Assembly (NCBI GenBank): GCA_036172245.1
Contig: JAYWIR010000033.1
Location: forward strand, 186,001-250,000
Origin: Raillietiella orientalis
Taxonomy: Eukaryota
Reading direction: 5' to 3'
Length of the DNA: 64,000 nucleotides
The notes under the pieces are model-generated. The model ran no database searches. It was not told the origin of the DNA and saw only the letters and a program-made list of their open reading frames with translations. Shown here one piece after another: positions 25,712 to 39,014 of this stretch; position 1 is the first letter of the stretch; each line of letters begins with the position of its first letter. A program made the position numbers and the translations under genes.

Positions 25712-28021
25712 TGAAGGTAGCGGAAGCGTGGAAATCCCGGGGAGGGAAGTCCCACGCTCGGAAGCCGTCGAACCGGCCACCTCCATGAAGGACGGTGAGT
25801 TGGGGGGAACGTCCTCCCTGCAATAGCCAAACATGAACAGCCCGTCCTCATGGAGGAGGGCCAACAGGTGCCCTACGTCTGCTACGTACACCTGTTCTTA
25901 GGGGGAATCGCCGCCTCCATCCCATCATCCATCGTGATCTACCTCCTCGAAATCACCTTCCGGATGGCCAAAGAGGCTGTCCGAAAGGAATTATTGAAAC
26001 TTGGCACCGTGAACGCGCTCTGGAAAAAGTCTACTCCGTTTTGGAAGTATAATCTTCCCAATTGCTGTCAGGCTTCCGCGCGAATCACGGTGCGCGAAAC
26101 TTGCTCCTTACCAAACTAGCTGGAGGTCAACGACGAGCCCGTTGACGTTTAGTATGTTGGTAAGCCGCATTTTTGCGGGCATTGCAGCACTTGAGGTCAC
26201 CTGAAAAAAAGGTACCCCTACTTGCAGTGCAAGCAATGCCAGCAACCCAGGCACACTTTTCCGGTGTGCCCTGCAAATCAAGTCGGCGTCGCGTCCGCAC
26301 GGAATGCTAACCACCGCGGCCAAAAAAAAAGAGTTCTGGCAGCGCGAGAGCGAGCCGCCGCTAAAGAAAAAGCTATCGTGCCTCAGGTAAAAATCCGCTC
26401 CGAGATCCCGGAATACTCGGACAAGGTCGAGGAGAACGGCCAGGAACATGGAGGGCAGGTAGTAAAATCCAAGCCGCAGAAAAACCTCAAGGAACGAAAA
26501 AAAAACTTCGCAAAACGCAGCGAGAATCTGCCGCGTCACGAAAAGATCAAACGCTGCTCTGTCCTCATCAAGCGCATTGCTGTAGTCGAACAGAGTGGCG
26601 AAATTGAACCGTTCGCTGCCGACTTTCAGCCCTCCGGCAAATTAATGCCGGTGGATACCGAACTGGCGGTACTGGCCGTCGTCCAACTCCTGCTCGACGA
26701 CGTCGCCTTTGAGCGAGCGGCGGAGGAGCTCGTTGCGTCCTTGCAGCGTCTCGCCAAATCCGCGATAAAGGCCTTAAGGCGTCCGATCTCGATCAAGAAG
26801 TCGGAGATTCTGAGCTTTGACGCAGAGGCGGAAAATACGGACTGCGGCCTCGCGGCCTCGCGTCCAAGGGTCAGTGGCACGAAGAAGGCTACTTGCAAAA
26901 TTATCCCGTATGTTGAAATGGTAGAGACAATCGAGAAAAGCGAGCGTGCGAACAGAGTGGTGAACTCCGGGGACTCTCCTCCAGAGCTAACTCAACGCTT
27001 CGACGCCAGAGGAAGGGAAAAGGTAGAGTCTGTGGCCCAGGTGATTCAAGTGCCTGAGATGGCTGCGGTATCCTTACTCGTCTCTCCCACCTGTTCCATG
27101 ACAGGTGCTGCAATGCCACGTTCCCAGCCTGAATGCCGCGAATCGCCTCTTGTTGCCATCTGCGAATTACCTGTTGGAACGTCGGCAGGATAAGCGACAT
27201 CGGAAAGAGACGAGAGGTGGCCGCCACCCTGGCATCGTTTGACCTGGTGCTACTGCAGGAGATCCACGTGCTCTCCTCAGACCAAGCAGCAGAGATCGAG
27301 CGTATCTCGGGTGGACGGCTGCTGTGGCAATGCAGCACCGTTAAATCTTGCGATGTCGCGTTCCCGCTTCGGCCAGCTGTCAAGGCTGCGGCAAAGGGCG
27401 TAATGTTTGATAGTGCCGGTCGAGTCGGGCAGTTGACCATCAGGTGGTCCGACTCCATCGATCTGGTCATTACCAACGTGTTCGCCACAAGCGGGAGAGA
27501 CGTGCCAAGGGCAAAGGTAAGGAGAGATTTATTCCTTACTCTGAGGCTCGAGTATCTGGACAAAGTGGGAGAGCGCAAAGCGCACCTAATCGCAGGTGAA
27601 TCTAACCTTCACCTGCTGTCAGGTGCGTCCGACACACTTCAGAAGCGTGTGAACGAGCTATGCGCAGAGATGGACACGCGCAACTTGTTCGCAGGAGATC
27701 CGGAAATCACCGACAGCATAGATCACGTGTTTTTTTACTACCTCCTATGCTCACGCGTGGGCATGCGCGGCAAGTTACCGTCGGAACTGTCGGACCATGA
27801 CCGGATCCTACTGGACTTGCGCCTACGCGATAGGGGTCCCCCGTCATTTGCGTGGAGATTACCGAGAGACTGGCTGAGAATTCCGGTAGCCGCGGAACAT
27901 CTCCGAGGGTTCATACCAGGTTTCAGCTTGCTGACGCTTCAGGACTGGGACCACTTCGAGCGCTCGGTCTGGAAGTTTTGCGACGAGATCTCTATGAACC
28001 TCCTACCTGCCTGGTCAGGCG
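25712..28021 (+). mobile_element. Degenerate element: ORF1 remnants plus APE domain (ORF2 from 27133), preceded by a short T-like ORF1 piece
   Basis: DDVAFERAAEELVA; CWNVG, LLQEIHV, SDH; TGA-ATG junction at 27130-27135. Confidence 0.85.
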
Positions 28022-30388
28022 TTGCCACCCGGGTACGCTTGGGGCGTCTATTGAACAAAACTCTCTATAAAACGTGGTACAAGGCCTCATTTCATCCTGA
28101 GAGACGGGACCTGTCGGGACACCGGGAAGCAGCCAGTCGTGGCACTGCCCGACAGCGAAAGGGGATGGGGGAAATACAAAAGAAAGAATAAAAGAGATAA
28201 ACAAACAAAAAGAGTTCGGATAACAGGGAAGGGATCTCCAAGCGCTGTAAAGAGAGCCCATTCGTCGAAGGAGGCCCTCGAAGACTGCGCGCATACTTCA
28301 CAGATGGAACCATCGAGCAGCTCTTCGCAAGAAGCGTTCTGCATGCTGGATGACTTCCCTCTCGTTCCAATCTTAATTTTCGCTGCTGGCGTCGCTCCAA
28401 GCTGCCACGATGCCTCGAACGCAGCAAATACTTGCGAGGGCTGCTGCTGGCTGCAGAGCGTCACGCACGAAGAGGAGGCGGAAAACGTCTGTAAGTGCAA
28501 TGCCCATAGGCAGCCAGAGTGTCGTCCCGAACCGTTCCCAAAGTGGTCGGAGGGCATCACAATTCAATGTACGGTGAGGGAGCGATTCCCGCACCCCGCA
28601 CCTGTCACACGCAGAATCCACAGCCTTCCTCGTTCAGTGGAAGCGGCGCGAATTGCCGGGTGGACTCCAATCCAACAGAAGCAACGCCGACTCTTGCCAC
28701 TTGAGAGGCAGAATCCTGGATTCCTTCATTACTGGGGGCCACTTAAGCTCATCCCTGGGGATGAAGAGCAGCTCGCCCCTTCTCAATATTCCACTCGCCT
28801 GGACGCTCGGGGTCGTGGCTTCCGCTAGTTGACCCATGGTGCATCCGCTCATCTTCTTCTCTGCCCCTCGACGCAGCAGGAGACTTGCCACCTTGGGATG
28901 CGCCTGCTGTGAAGAGCGCTCCTAGGGAAGGGCATCGCCGTAGCCAGGCAGGTTGTCTCGGCTCACTTGCTTGCCGCGGTATTCTCCAAGAGATCCCGCA
29001 GCATGGAGCCGGCGTAGGGACCGCATCGGAGACATTTCCATGTTTCGTCGGTTCTCCGGTTTAACACAGCCCAGGTGCTGATGTTCTCCTCCAACGAGGA
29101 GAAGGAGTTGGCATGGCTGCAAATCATACAGCGGTTCTCAATGGCCAGGGTTGCCACGCGCCTGTGCAGTAGGCTGGATCTTCTTATTTTCCGACCTGGG
29201 CACAGAAGAAAGCACGCGAGTCCTTCGCAACATGACACACGGCTCTCTAGAAGGCGGGCCGGAATGCACCAAGAAGCGATGCACATTTTCGCTGCGATGG
29301 CGAGGTTCCGCCATGGCAGCTGTTTCTCCACGCGTTCCAGAGTCAGGAGGCCAACACCGCCGTCCCGACGCGGATCGCAGAAGCCCTGCAGAGGGACTCG
29401 GGCACTTCCGTTGCCCCTATGAACTATGCGAAGGAGGTCATCCGTCCTCTTCTTAATCTTTAATGGAGCGGGGCAAACAAAAAGCAAGCGGCGCAGGATG
29501 GGAGCCGCAAATGCGTTCCGAACCGCTGACCGTTCCGGCAAGTGAAACTTGCCTTCCAGAAACCGGCCAAACGCCGTCTCGACTTTTCGAAGGCAGCTCA
29601 ATCACGCTTCTGCCGGGGAATAGTCATTGAACGGCACACCAAGGTACTTCAACAACCTGGCCGTGGGGATCCCCAAAGACAACCAGTCCTGCTGCCCAAC
29701 CCACACCGCACCTATTGGAACCACCGAAGACTTCGCCCTGTTAACCTGCAGTCCGGTTCCGCGGGAGAGCAGATCGAGAAAGTCCTCGACTGCCGTTGCC
29801 GGGGTGGACATGGGTAACATAAGCAGAAGATCGTCGGCGTACGCTGCTACGGCGGGCGTGCCGGGGCACGAGCTCGGCAATGGGGCCAAAGTCACCCTGT
29901 ACGCTCTCAGCACCAACTCAAAGTAGGTGCTGAAGAGCATTGGGCTGAGGCTATCTCCCTGCCTTATACCCCGCCGCACCGGCACACGATACACATTCTG
30001 ACTGCTAGAAGAGATGGTAATTGTCGCGCTCCGCCAGCAAAAGCGCAAGTAGGAAATCAGGGAGGGCAGGAAGCCCATGCGACCCAGGAGCTCCAAGAGG
30101 AGTTCCTGGTCCACACAGTCGAACGCCTCGTAGAGATCTACTGGGAGCGCAAGGACCCCTTGTCTGCCCGAGTATTCCTTTCCAGCCCGGTTGACGGCCC
30201 CAATGTGGGGTTGCCGATTTTCCCTTTCCCTTTCTTTTTTCTCCTCTGCAGGTGCATCCATGTGCACGCGAAGAAAAGGTTGGCATCCACACTCCGCCCG
30301 GGAACAGCATAAGTCTGCTCCCGGCTAATTATGGATTTTGCCACCTGCTTCAGACCCGAAGCCCATAGACATGCTGGCAACTTGGCAT
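28022..30388 (-). mobile_element. Family T copy 2, 3' part (RT from DAKL to the 3' end)
   Basis: RT insert GKIGNPTLGP shared with T copy 1; YADD; CDRCGVRESLPH; 3' end GCGTACCCGGGTGGCAA. Confidence 0.9.
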
Positions 30389-32891
30389 GCAAACGTGTTT
30401 TTTCCGCGCACCTCTGTGCCTGTTGAAAAGGCTTTCGTTTTGTTAGTGTTTGTGTGTGGTGCATCTGCGGTGTGCAATGGCAGAAATTCTTGAGAACACC
30501 GCCATGGAGATCAGGGGAAGGAGAGGCTTTTTATTCTCCCTAACCCAAAGAGGTGGGGGCGACGGCCCCCACGGAGACAAGGACAATTACCTTCTTGAAA
30601 AAGGGATTAACCGTCCCGTCGTAAGCGAGGGCTGCCGCTTCCTTGAAAACGAAGCAACTATCCCCGTTGAAAAGTATGCAACCGCCCCCTTGAAAAACGG
30701 GGCAACCGCATAATTGGATACTTCCTCGGCAACGACGAATACCTGGAACGCCAAGAAGCAGCACAATTCCCTGAAGTCATCGGCGAACAGTGTGCCCACA
30801 GGGATCAAGGGTATAAACCATCCTTGATTTATAAGGCAGAGAACCTTTTTGTTGAAACACCGTTCGGAATTTCGAATGAGAGCTACAGCGTTTGCAGGAA
30901 AGAAGCATGGTTGGCACAAAAACTGCTGCGAACTTTTGTCAGGATCGAAAGTTGCCAGACCTTTCTTGTCCCGGTGGACAACTTAATAGTTGTTTACCTC
31001 CGCGAAATCACCTCACGGATGCCACCGAGTGCCGAGAGGGCTGAATTAAGCGAATTCGGCACCGTGCACGCACTGGGAGCGAAGCCCAACAGACTCCGTA
31101 CTTATGACGGACTTCTAGGCGTTCTGGCTGCTGCACGCATCACGGTTGCCAATGACGTTGGAATTACCCACAAAATTGTTGTCAACGGCAGTACTGTCGT
31201 CATCTGGTATGTGGGTAAACCCAGATTCTGCGCGTTCTGTGATGCTATGGGATACGTTAAGAAACGTTGTCTAAACATCACCTGCCGCAAGTGCGAGGTG
31301 ACCCGGCACACGGAAGAAGGCCGTGTTGAACACCCCGTTTGCGGAAACGCATGCAACCGGGGCGGAAGGAGAAGAGTCGGACTAGAAAAATTCAAGCTAC
31401 AAAGAAGGGAACTTGAAAGAGAAGAATAAAGTCCCTTGAAAACCTGCGGAACCCACAAAAAATCAGGTGCTGAAGAAACGCACGATCGGACTGGAGAGTC
31501 TTCCAGATGCAGAAGTGGCATACTAACAGGCCTTTGCCGTGTGCAACAACGCCGACAGTCACGTCGCTGTGCGAAGAGCATCCCAGGGCAGTAGTGAGGG
31601 GGAAAGCCGCGTTGACGCGATCTTTTCGAAGGCTGCCGGCGAGTTCGCCGCCGCCGTTCCGCAATCACTTGCAAAGGGCGAGAAGGCCGCTAGGAGTCCT
31701 GCCGAAAGTAGGGGGACCGGAACCTAGGACTCAATCCCGGAGTCCGGGCACGCACCATCCGCGTCTGCAACAGCATGGAAGACCGGACGGAAAATCCGTA
31801 GCCCGAGGAGAATCGTTTCCTCCGAGGAGAAGGAATCTTACGTAAACGAGGGTCCGTCGAGCGTGGGATCAATGGACTCGAGTCCTAAACTCCCACGCCC
31901 GGTCGAGACAGCCGCTGCAAGCGGAGGAAGTACTCGAGGCGCTTCTCACTGCAGACGAGTAAGAAAGCATCCCGCCCAATGGAGAGGCGGGAGAGGCTGC
32001 ATCACGTTCTTAGCATTAATGCCGGGATACGCCACCTGCAGTCAAATCCGCATCGCCAGTTGGAACGTTAACGGGCTTTGCGAAGACGGCAGGAGACCAG
32101 ACATAGCTGCCACCTTACAAGCCTTCGACCTTGTGCTGCTGCCGAAGATCCATCAGATCTCCGCAGAACATGCGCGGAAGATCGACAGAATAGCAGGTGG
32201 TCAGCTAATGTGGCGACGCGAACACTGCGGTACGGAAGGGGTCGTTTTCCTTCTGAAGCCTGCCTTACAACGTTCGGTAAGGAAAGTTCGTTTCGATAAG
32301 CCAGGTCGGGTCAGGCAAATCACCTTCAGGTGGTACGGCTCGAACGATCTCGTCGTCACGCGCCAAAGGGCGGTCACCTGCGCGTAGAACGGACGGCATT
32401 CTTCCGTGCGTTCCAGCGCGACTGACTGTCGGAGGCACGCACGCTATCGGCGCACTTGATAGCCTGCGATTTTATTATTCTCTTGCTATCAGGTGCGGCG
32501 AGGACTCAGGCCACCCCGGTTAACAAGATGTGCGCCACGGTGCACGCATTCAAATTGTTTGCCCCGGAAGCCGGGATGGATAGGAGCGTGGACGAAGTCT
32601 TCCTCGACATTCACCTGTTCTGTCGCTTGGGCAAGAGAGGTAAGATACATTCCGCTTTCTCCGATCACTGGCGAGTGGAATTTGTGATTCGCCCTCGCGG
32701 AACAGGGCCGCTTTCGGAGGCGTGGGGTCTAAAGGGGGAATTACTGTTGAAGCCAGGCGCAGCGGAACACCACCGCGCGTTCTTGCGAGGTTTCCGCCTG
32801 CAGATGCTCGACGTCTTTGACGATTTGAAAGTCTCAGTACGAGAGTTCTGCCAGCAGTTCCGCATGGACCGTCTCCCAAAAGGATTTGGTG
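30389..32891 (+). mobile_element. Degenerate element 5' part (ORF1, APE from TAATG at 32017-32021); possibly family K
   Basis: 5' GCAAACGTG motif; WYVGKPRFCAFC; SWNVNG; FSDH; family assignment inferred only from insertion site. Confidence 0.8.
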
Positions 32892-33018
32892 TTGCCACCC
32901 GGGTACGCCTGGTACGTTTATTGATCACAATTCTCAATAAATCGTGGTATAAGGCCCAACTGCGGCCTTAAACACGGAACCTGTCGGCACAGCGGAGCGG
33001 AGCCCGGCAGGGCACCTC
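32892..33018 (-). mobile_element. Family T 3'-terminal stub (about 125 bp)
   Basis: Matches 28022-28150. Confidence 0.85.
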
Positions 33019-33173
33019 TGCTGCTTCAGTTGATGAGGCTGATCGGAGACGAGAGCGATGTTCCCGCCTCCTTTCGGTCAGCCAGGGTGAGGGTCCTTAA
33101 GAAAGGGTGAGACCACAGGGATCAAGGAACAGGCGTCCGATCACGATTGTGAATACGGACGCCGAGTTGCTAG
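33019..33173 (+). mobile_element. Short RT N-terminal fragment
   Basis: DVPASFRSARVR, RPITIVNTDAELL. Confidence 0.75.
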
Positions 33174-33250
33174 TTGCCATCCGGTCACGCCGGGTAGTTT
33201 ATTATAAATTCTCTACAATTCGTGGTACGAGGCCCCACTGCAACCAACTC
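33174..33250 (-). mobile_element. Family K 3'-terminal stub (about 75 bp)
   Basis: Matches 36120-36195. Confidence 0.8.
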
Positions 33251-35144
33251 GGACGTGAGTGCGAACCGGAAAAAGAGCGTGATTGTACCTGTAGGAGCGT
33301 CGTGGGAGGGTCATAAACACTGGATCCGCCTGGGGATCCCAACGGCGGCGTATTTCAAGTACCTTGGAGTTCCGCTGGGCAATCTCTGTTCTGTCGAGGC
33401 GTGGTCGGACTGCCATCAAGAGTTAGAGTTGGCAGCCAGCCCGTTCACTTACGTCAAGTTCACCTTACCGGAACAGGCAACAATTTGGAACACCTTTGTA
33501 GCACCTTCCTTCGACCCCTGTTTTTTGTCTCGGACCCCCCCTACGCGGCCAAAGAGCGGGCAAATCGCCTGCTAAGGAACCCACTCGGGGGTAATGCGCG
33601 ATTCAGGATCCGCCTAAAAAACTTCGCGGCTCCAGTCGGGATGCTGGTCTTGGCATCCTTAGAATGTAGAGAATCGGACTGCAAGTGCAGTTGAGGATGC
33701 TCGCACTTTGTGCCGAGCTATGGACTTTCCCCCTGTGTGCGCCTCCGCGCATCCTCCTAAGAAGGTGTGCAGGCAGTGAAGGACCTCTTTCCTTGGTGCC
33801 CGGCATGCGTCACAGGAAACAGGGATTTGGCTACCCTCTGAAGAAAATCGCCTCCCTATTGGAAGCCAATGCGTGGATTTCCTGCTGCTCGATGAACTAC
33901 AATGCTTGGCGGCAGGAAACCATTGATTCTTGGGCTGTATCCTTAGGTATGAGCCGTAAAGATCACCGCCCCCTGCGTCGATTCCAACCTTCGTCGCTCG
34001 AAGATGTCATGCGGGACGAGGTGAAGTTTTCCTCCCTGGCCGCCACGTCCCTTGCCGAAGCACTTTCTGCACTCGAGGATCGAGATGACAGTAGCCAGCC
34101 ATGGAAGTGGTAGTTCTTCCGCACCATTGCAGGAAGAACAAAGCCAGTTGGCGAATGGGCCACGAGCGAGTTCGCAGATGCCGCCAATCCTGGTGCAACA
34201 CCAAAAAGATTACTTCGGTGGGGAGAAGCACTAAGTGTTGCCCACAGGGAACTTACAATCCCTCCTTGGTGTTTGGACGGTTCGGTGATTTCCCTTGCAT
34301 GGAAGCAAGACGTCTTGCTCTTCTTACACTGCGGCTTGCGCTATTACGAGCGGCGACACCGAGTTTCCGGTGGGGTAGCTTCTCCCTACTGTGTTCGTTG
34401 CGGGGCGACGGAGTCGTTCCCGCACCTTGTTATGGGCTGCGGTGCCCTCCATGAACTCTGGAGGAGGCTAGCATCAGCTCTCCCGCTTCCAAGTGACACC
34501 GCTTGAGAAGTGCTGCGACGGTTCTTCCAGCCACAAGGACTTTCGATGGTTGCGACGATTTCCACTGTTGGGTGCATCCGCGGCATCGTCACGATCCGAG
34601 ACGTGATGGAGAACCCGGGACAGCAATGTTGTGCCACCAGGAAGGCAGCCTACTTCATCAGGTGGGCAGCTGGGTGGCGACACTTATGGGAAGACACAAC
34701 GGAGCAGCTAACCGGTATCCATCGCCGGATGAGAAACGGCTTAGAACGACGAACCCGGTGATCCGCCCTCATTTTATTTTTAATTGATTTTTTTGTTCTC
34801 GCATCCTTTTCCCTATACCGTCCGCAGTGGTTTTGTTGCTGAAACTTCCGAGTTTCCCGGTGACTGCGGAGCGTCCCTAAAGTTCCCTGCCCCACTACTA
34901 CAGTTTAGAATTTTCTTTTTTTTGCTTTTTTTTTGTTTGTTTTTTGTTTTGTGTTTTTGTTTTTTTTTGTTTTTTTTGGTTTTGTTTTTGTTTTCAGACT
35001 CCCCTCAGTCGTCCGTGTTCTTCCGTTTTCCTGGCCTGCGTGCCAGTGGTGAATCTCCGCTGCATGTCTTTATAGTCGTGGCCTGGAAATGACTGTTTCT
35101 AGCTCGTTTACATCAATAAACGTCCCTGCGTGACCGGGTGATAA
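33251..35144 (+). mobile_element. Family G-related element, 3' part
   Basis: YFKYLGVP, DEVKFSSLAAT, CVRCGATESFPHL; long T-rich 3' UTR; ends GCGTGACCGGGTGATAA like copies A-C. Confidence 0.9.
34915..34995 (+). repeat. T-rich (TTTTG)n-like low-complexity tract in a retrotransposon 3' UTR
   Basis: Seen directly; shorter equivalents follow each ORF2 stop. Confidence 0.8.
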
Positions 35145-36119
35145 ATTTCAACGTTCGTTTGAACCAGATAGTTAGAATCACGAGCGTGCCCTGGTCAACG
35201 AGGTGTGCATGGCGGTGCACACCTGTAATTAGTTGGTCAGTGCACTGAGGAAGGAGGACAGAATCGACCACGTGTTCCTTGATCAGCACCTGTGCCCTCG
35301 CGTGGGCAGGCGTGGCAATTTACGGTACGACCTGTCCGACCATCGCCCGATAGTTCTCGAGATCCAACCGCGCGACAGGGGCCGCCCCTCGTCAGCGTAG
35401 CGTATACCAGGGGACTGGCTGTAGCTCCCGGACGCGGCGCAACATCTCCACACGTTCATACTGAGCTTCCTGCTGCGGACACAGTAGGATTGGGACCGCT
35501 TCAAGCGGTCGGTCCAGAAGTTCTGAGGCCAATTCTCTCTGCACCGCCTACCTACGTGTTTTGGGAATAGGGTCCGTAACGAACGAGCTTACCTGCAGGC
35601 CCGTCGTTACGCGAAGATCCCCGAGATCCGCAGGATCGCGAAATACAAAGAAGGAGCCGAGAGGCAGGCCTGGTAGTCCGAATCGGTTAGCTTGCTGGAC
35701 GATCAGGGCGAGAAGCACTCGGCACCCGCCCAAATCCGCGGCATCCTGCGGAGATACTACTCCTCCCTGCATGCCAGGGTGCCTCCGGAGAGAAATGTAT
35801 CCCGACTCTTGCTTCCGGAAGGCGCTCCGATGATCGAGTAGGAGGAGACAAAGCCCCTGGACGAGATTTTCTTGGACATCGCAAAGCTCAGGAAGCGCAA
35901 GGCTCCAGGGGAGGACGGCCTGTTCGCGGATTTTTATCAAACTTTCGTCACTGAGCTCATCCCCCTGGTGCTATCACACCATGCTGATACGCGAGACAGG
36001 TGACGTTCCCTCCTCGTTTTCTTCGGCGAAGGTGCGGCTCCTTCCTAAGAGAGGAGACCTGAGGAGAATGAACAACTGGCGTCCCATCACAATATTGAAT
36101 GCGGACGTCAAGTTGCTAG
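35145..36119 (+). mobile_element. Family F copy c, internal fragment bounded by GDFN and KLL
   Basis: Colinear with 1974-2970; many stops. Confidence 0.88.
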
Positions 36120-39014
36120 TTTTCACGCGGTCACGCCGTGGTGTTTATTAAAAATTTTCTATAATTGTTGGTACGAGTCCCCACTTCGGCCAACGCAAAA
36201 GGACCTGCCGGGTTGCGGTACGCAGACCGGTGCTAACTCTCCTCGGCAGCGATACAAGATGGGGAAAAAAACAAGATTAAAAATTGAAAAATAAAAACAA
36301 AAAGATTTTGGAGGGATCGGAAGGAATTACGTTCCATTGGGAGAGGGGTCCATTCTTTCGAGGATGCCCTCGAGGTCCGTCCGTATAATTCTCAGGTGGG
36401 GCCATCTGGTCGCAATCCGCAGGTAGCGGACTGCAAGTACGACGGCATCCCTGTCGTGGTTCCGTCTTCTGACGTCGATCCAGCATGTCACAATCCCGCG
36501 GACTCAGCAAAGTGCAGCCAGGGCAGTGGCTGGTCGCAGTTCATCCTGCACGAACGGAAGCCAAAAAACGTCTCTGTGCTAACTGCCCTCCTGGATCTGT
36601 AAGGAGTGACGAAGACGTTCCCACAGGGGTCGAAGGGCAGCACAATCAACTCGGAGGTGGGGGAGGGTTTCCCGCTCTCCACACCTGAGGCAGGAAGGAT
36701 TTACTCGACACCTATTTCAGTGGTGGCGGAGTGAGTTGCAGGGTAGACCCCAATGCAACAGCAGAAGCGCCGACTCCTGCCACTTCACTGGGAGGATCAT
36801 CGTACCAATGAATACTGGGGCTCACTTGAGGTCATTCATCATGATGCCGAGCAGTTCGCCACATCTCTTTAATCCACGCGGGAGGACACTTCAAGAAGTG
36901 GCATCGGCCAGCTGCGCTGTGATCCAGCCGCTTAACTTCTCTCTTCCTGCGATACGGCAGTAGAGTTGCCACCTATGCATGCGGCTGCAAGAGAGCGCCC
37001 TCCTCAGGAGGGGCATCGCCGAAGCTAGGGGCGTAGTCTCGGCCCACGTGCACCGGGAGGGACACTGCACAAAGGTCCGCAGGCTGCAGCAAGCGCGGTT
37101 GTAGAATCGCAGGCTGTTGTAGCTTTCTTCACCTTGGGCATTTAACCTCGCCCACGTTCCAACAGATTCCTCCAGGCATGCGGAGGAGTTGGCGGGGCTT
37201 CGTGCCATCCAGCCGTTTTCCATAGCCAGAGTTGCCATGGGTCCTAGGAGAAGTCCGCATCTTCTGATCTTTGAGTCACGGCAGAGAAGATAAGTCGCGG
37301 GACCCTTCGTCCAGGATACACAGCTGGAAAGGAGTCGGGTCGGAACGCACCAAGGGGTGCTCCAGAAATTCGCTGCGATGGCGAGAGTCGCAATCGCAGC
37401 GGAATCTCTACTCGTTCTATCGTCAATAGGCCGAGACCGCCATCCCGACGTGGAGCACACAAATCCTTCAGAGGGACTTAGGTCTCCCATTTCCTCCAAA
37501 AGGCAATTCTCAGGAGGTCGTTCGTTCGTTTCTTCAACTCTCTGGAGACGGTAAAAACAAAAAGCAGGGGGCAGAGGATGGAAGCCCCGAACGCGTTCCA
37601 CACCGTGGCCCGTTCCGGAAGAAAAAACTGTCTTCCAGGAACGGGCCGATTGCCGTTTCCACTTTTTGGAGGCAGCCGGGCCACGCATTCGAAAGGGAAT
37701 AGACCTTCAACGGCACACCCAGGTACTTCAAGCACCTTGCCGTGGGGTTCCCTAAGCGGTCCCAGTCCTGCAGCTTAACTTACCCCTCACCGACTAACAA
37801 CACCGTCGACTTCGCCCTGTTCGCCGTAGATCCGGACCCGCGGCTAAACAGATCGAAAAAATCCCGACCGCTTTCGCCCGAATAGACATCGGCAACAAGA
37901 GCAGGTGATCGTCGGCATAAGCTTCTACGGCGGGTATGCCGGGGTTCGAGCTCGGCAAGTAGGCCAAAGTCACCCTGTATTCTCTCAGCACAAACTCGAA
38001 GTAGGTGCGAAAGAGCAGGTGACTCATGTTATCGCCCTGCCGTATGCCCTGCCGTGCCATTATGCCGCAAGACCATTTGATCTCTGAAGGAGATATTAAT
38101 TAGCGCGCTGCGCCAGCAATAGCACAGGTACGTCAGTAGGGAGGAAAGGAAGCCCATGCGTCCCAGGAGCTCCAGCAGAAGATGCTGGTCCACGCAGTCG
38201 AACGCTTTATGCAGATCGACTGCGATCGCTAGGACCCCCTTCCCTACCTGGGAGTCCCATCCCTGCCCGGCTGACGTCCCCGAAGCAGGGCTACAAATCA
38301 TTACCTCTTCCTTATAACTTCTCTGCGCATTTGACCATGTGCTCCCGAAAAATAGGTTGGCCTCCATACTTCGCCCGGGAACAGCGTAAGTCTGCTCCGA
38401 GCTAATTATGGAATTGGCCACCTGCCCGAGACGGGAAGCCAACAGTCCCGCGAGGAACTTGGCGTCCGTATTCACAATTGTGATCGGACGCCAGTTGCTA
38501 AATTTCCTGAGAGCTCCCCCTTTCGGTAAAAGCCTCACTCTGGCTGACCGAAACGAGGAGGGAACATTGTGTTCGTCTTGGATAAGCCTTGTCAACTGAT
38601 GCACCACGTGTGCCAACCCTGCCGCAAAGCATTGAAAAAACACCGTGGGAAGGCAGTCCTCCCCTGGTGATTTATGGCTCTTGATCGTTTTGATACCGGC
38701 GAGAATTTCGCCGGTTATAAAAGGCTCGTCGACGATTTTCTTCTCCACCTCCCCTATTGCCTGGGCACCACCCGGGAGCAAGCGCCAAGAAGCATCTTGG
38801 TCCGGGGACGCCCTGGCGTAAAGGGTGGTATAGTAACACCGCACGAGGTACCGTATTCTGGCCGAGGCCGAGTTCTCCCGGCCCTGATCGTCCAGCATGC
38901 TGGCCGACCCGGATTGCCAGGCTTGACGTTCGGCCCCGGCTCGGTACTCCGCCAGGTGATATACATTGAGGGTCCTTGCGTAACGACAGGCATACAGGGA
39001 TGCCCTTTCGTTAC
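36120..39014 (-). mobile_element. Family K element, 3' part (linker, RT, zinc finger, 3' end)
   Basis: ORF 38029-39042 NWRPITIVNTDAK and DLHKAFD; YADD; KYLGVP; terminal hairpin. Confidence 0.9.
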
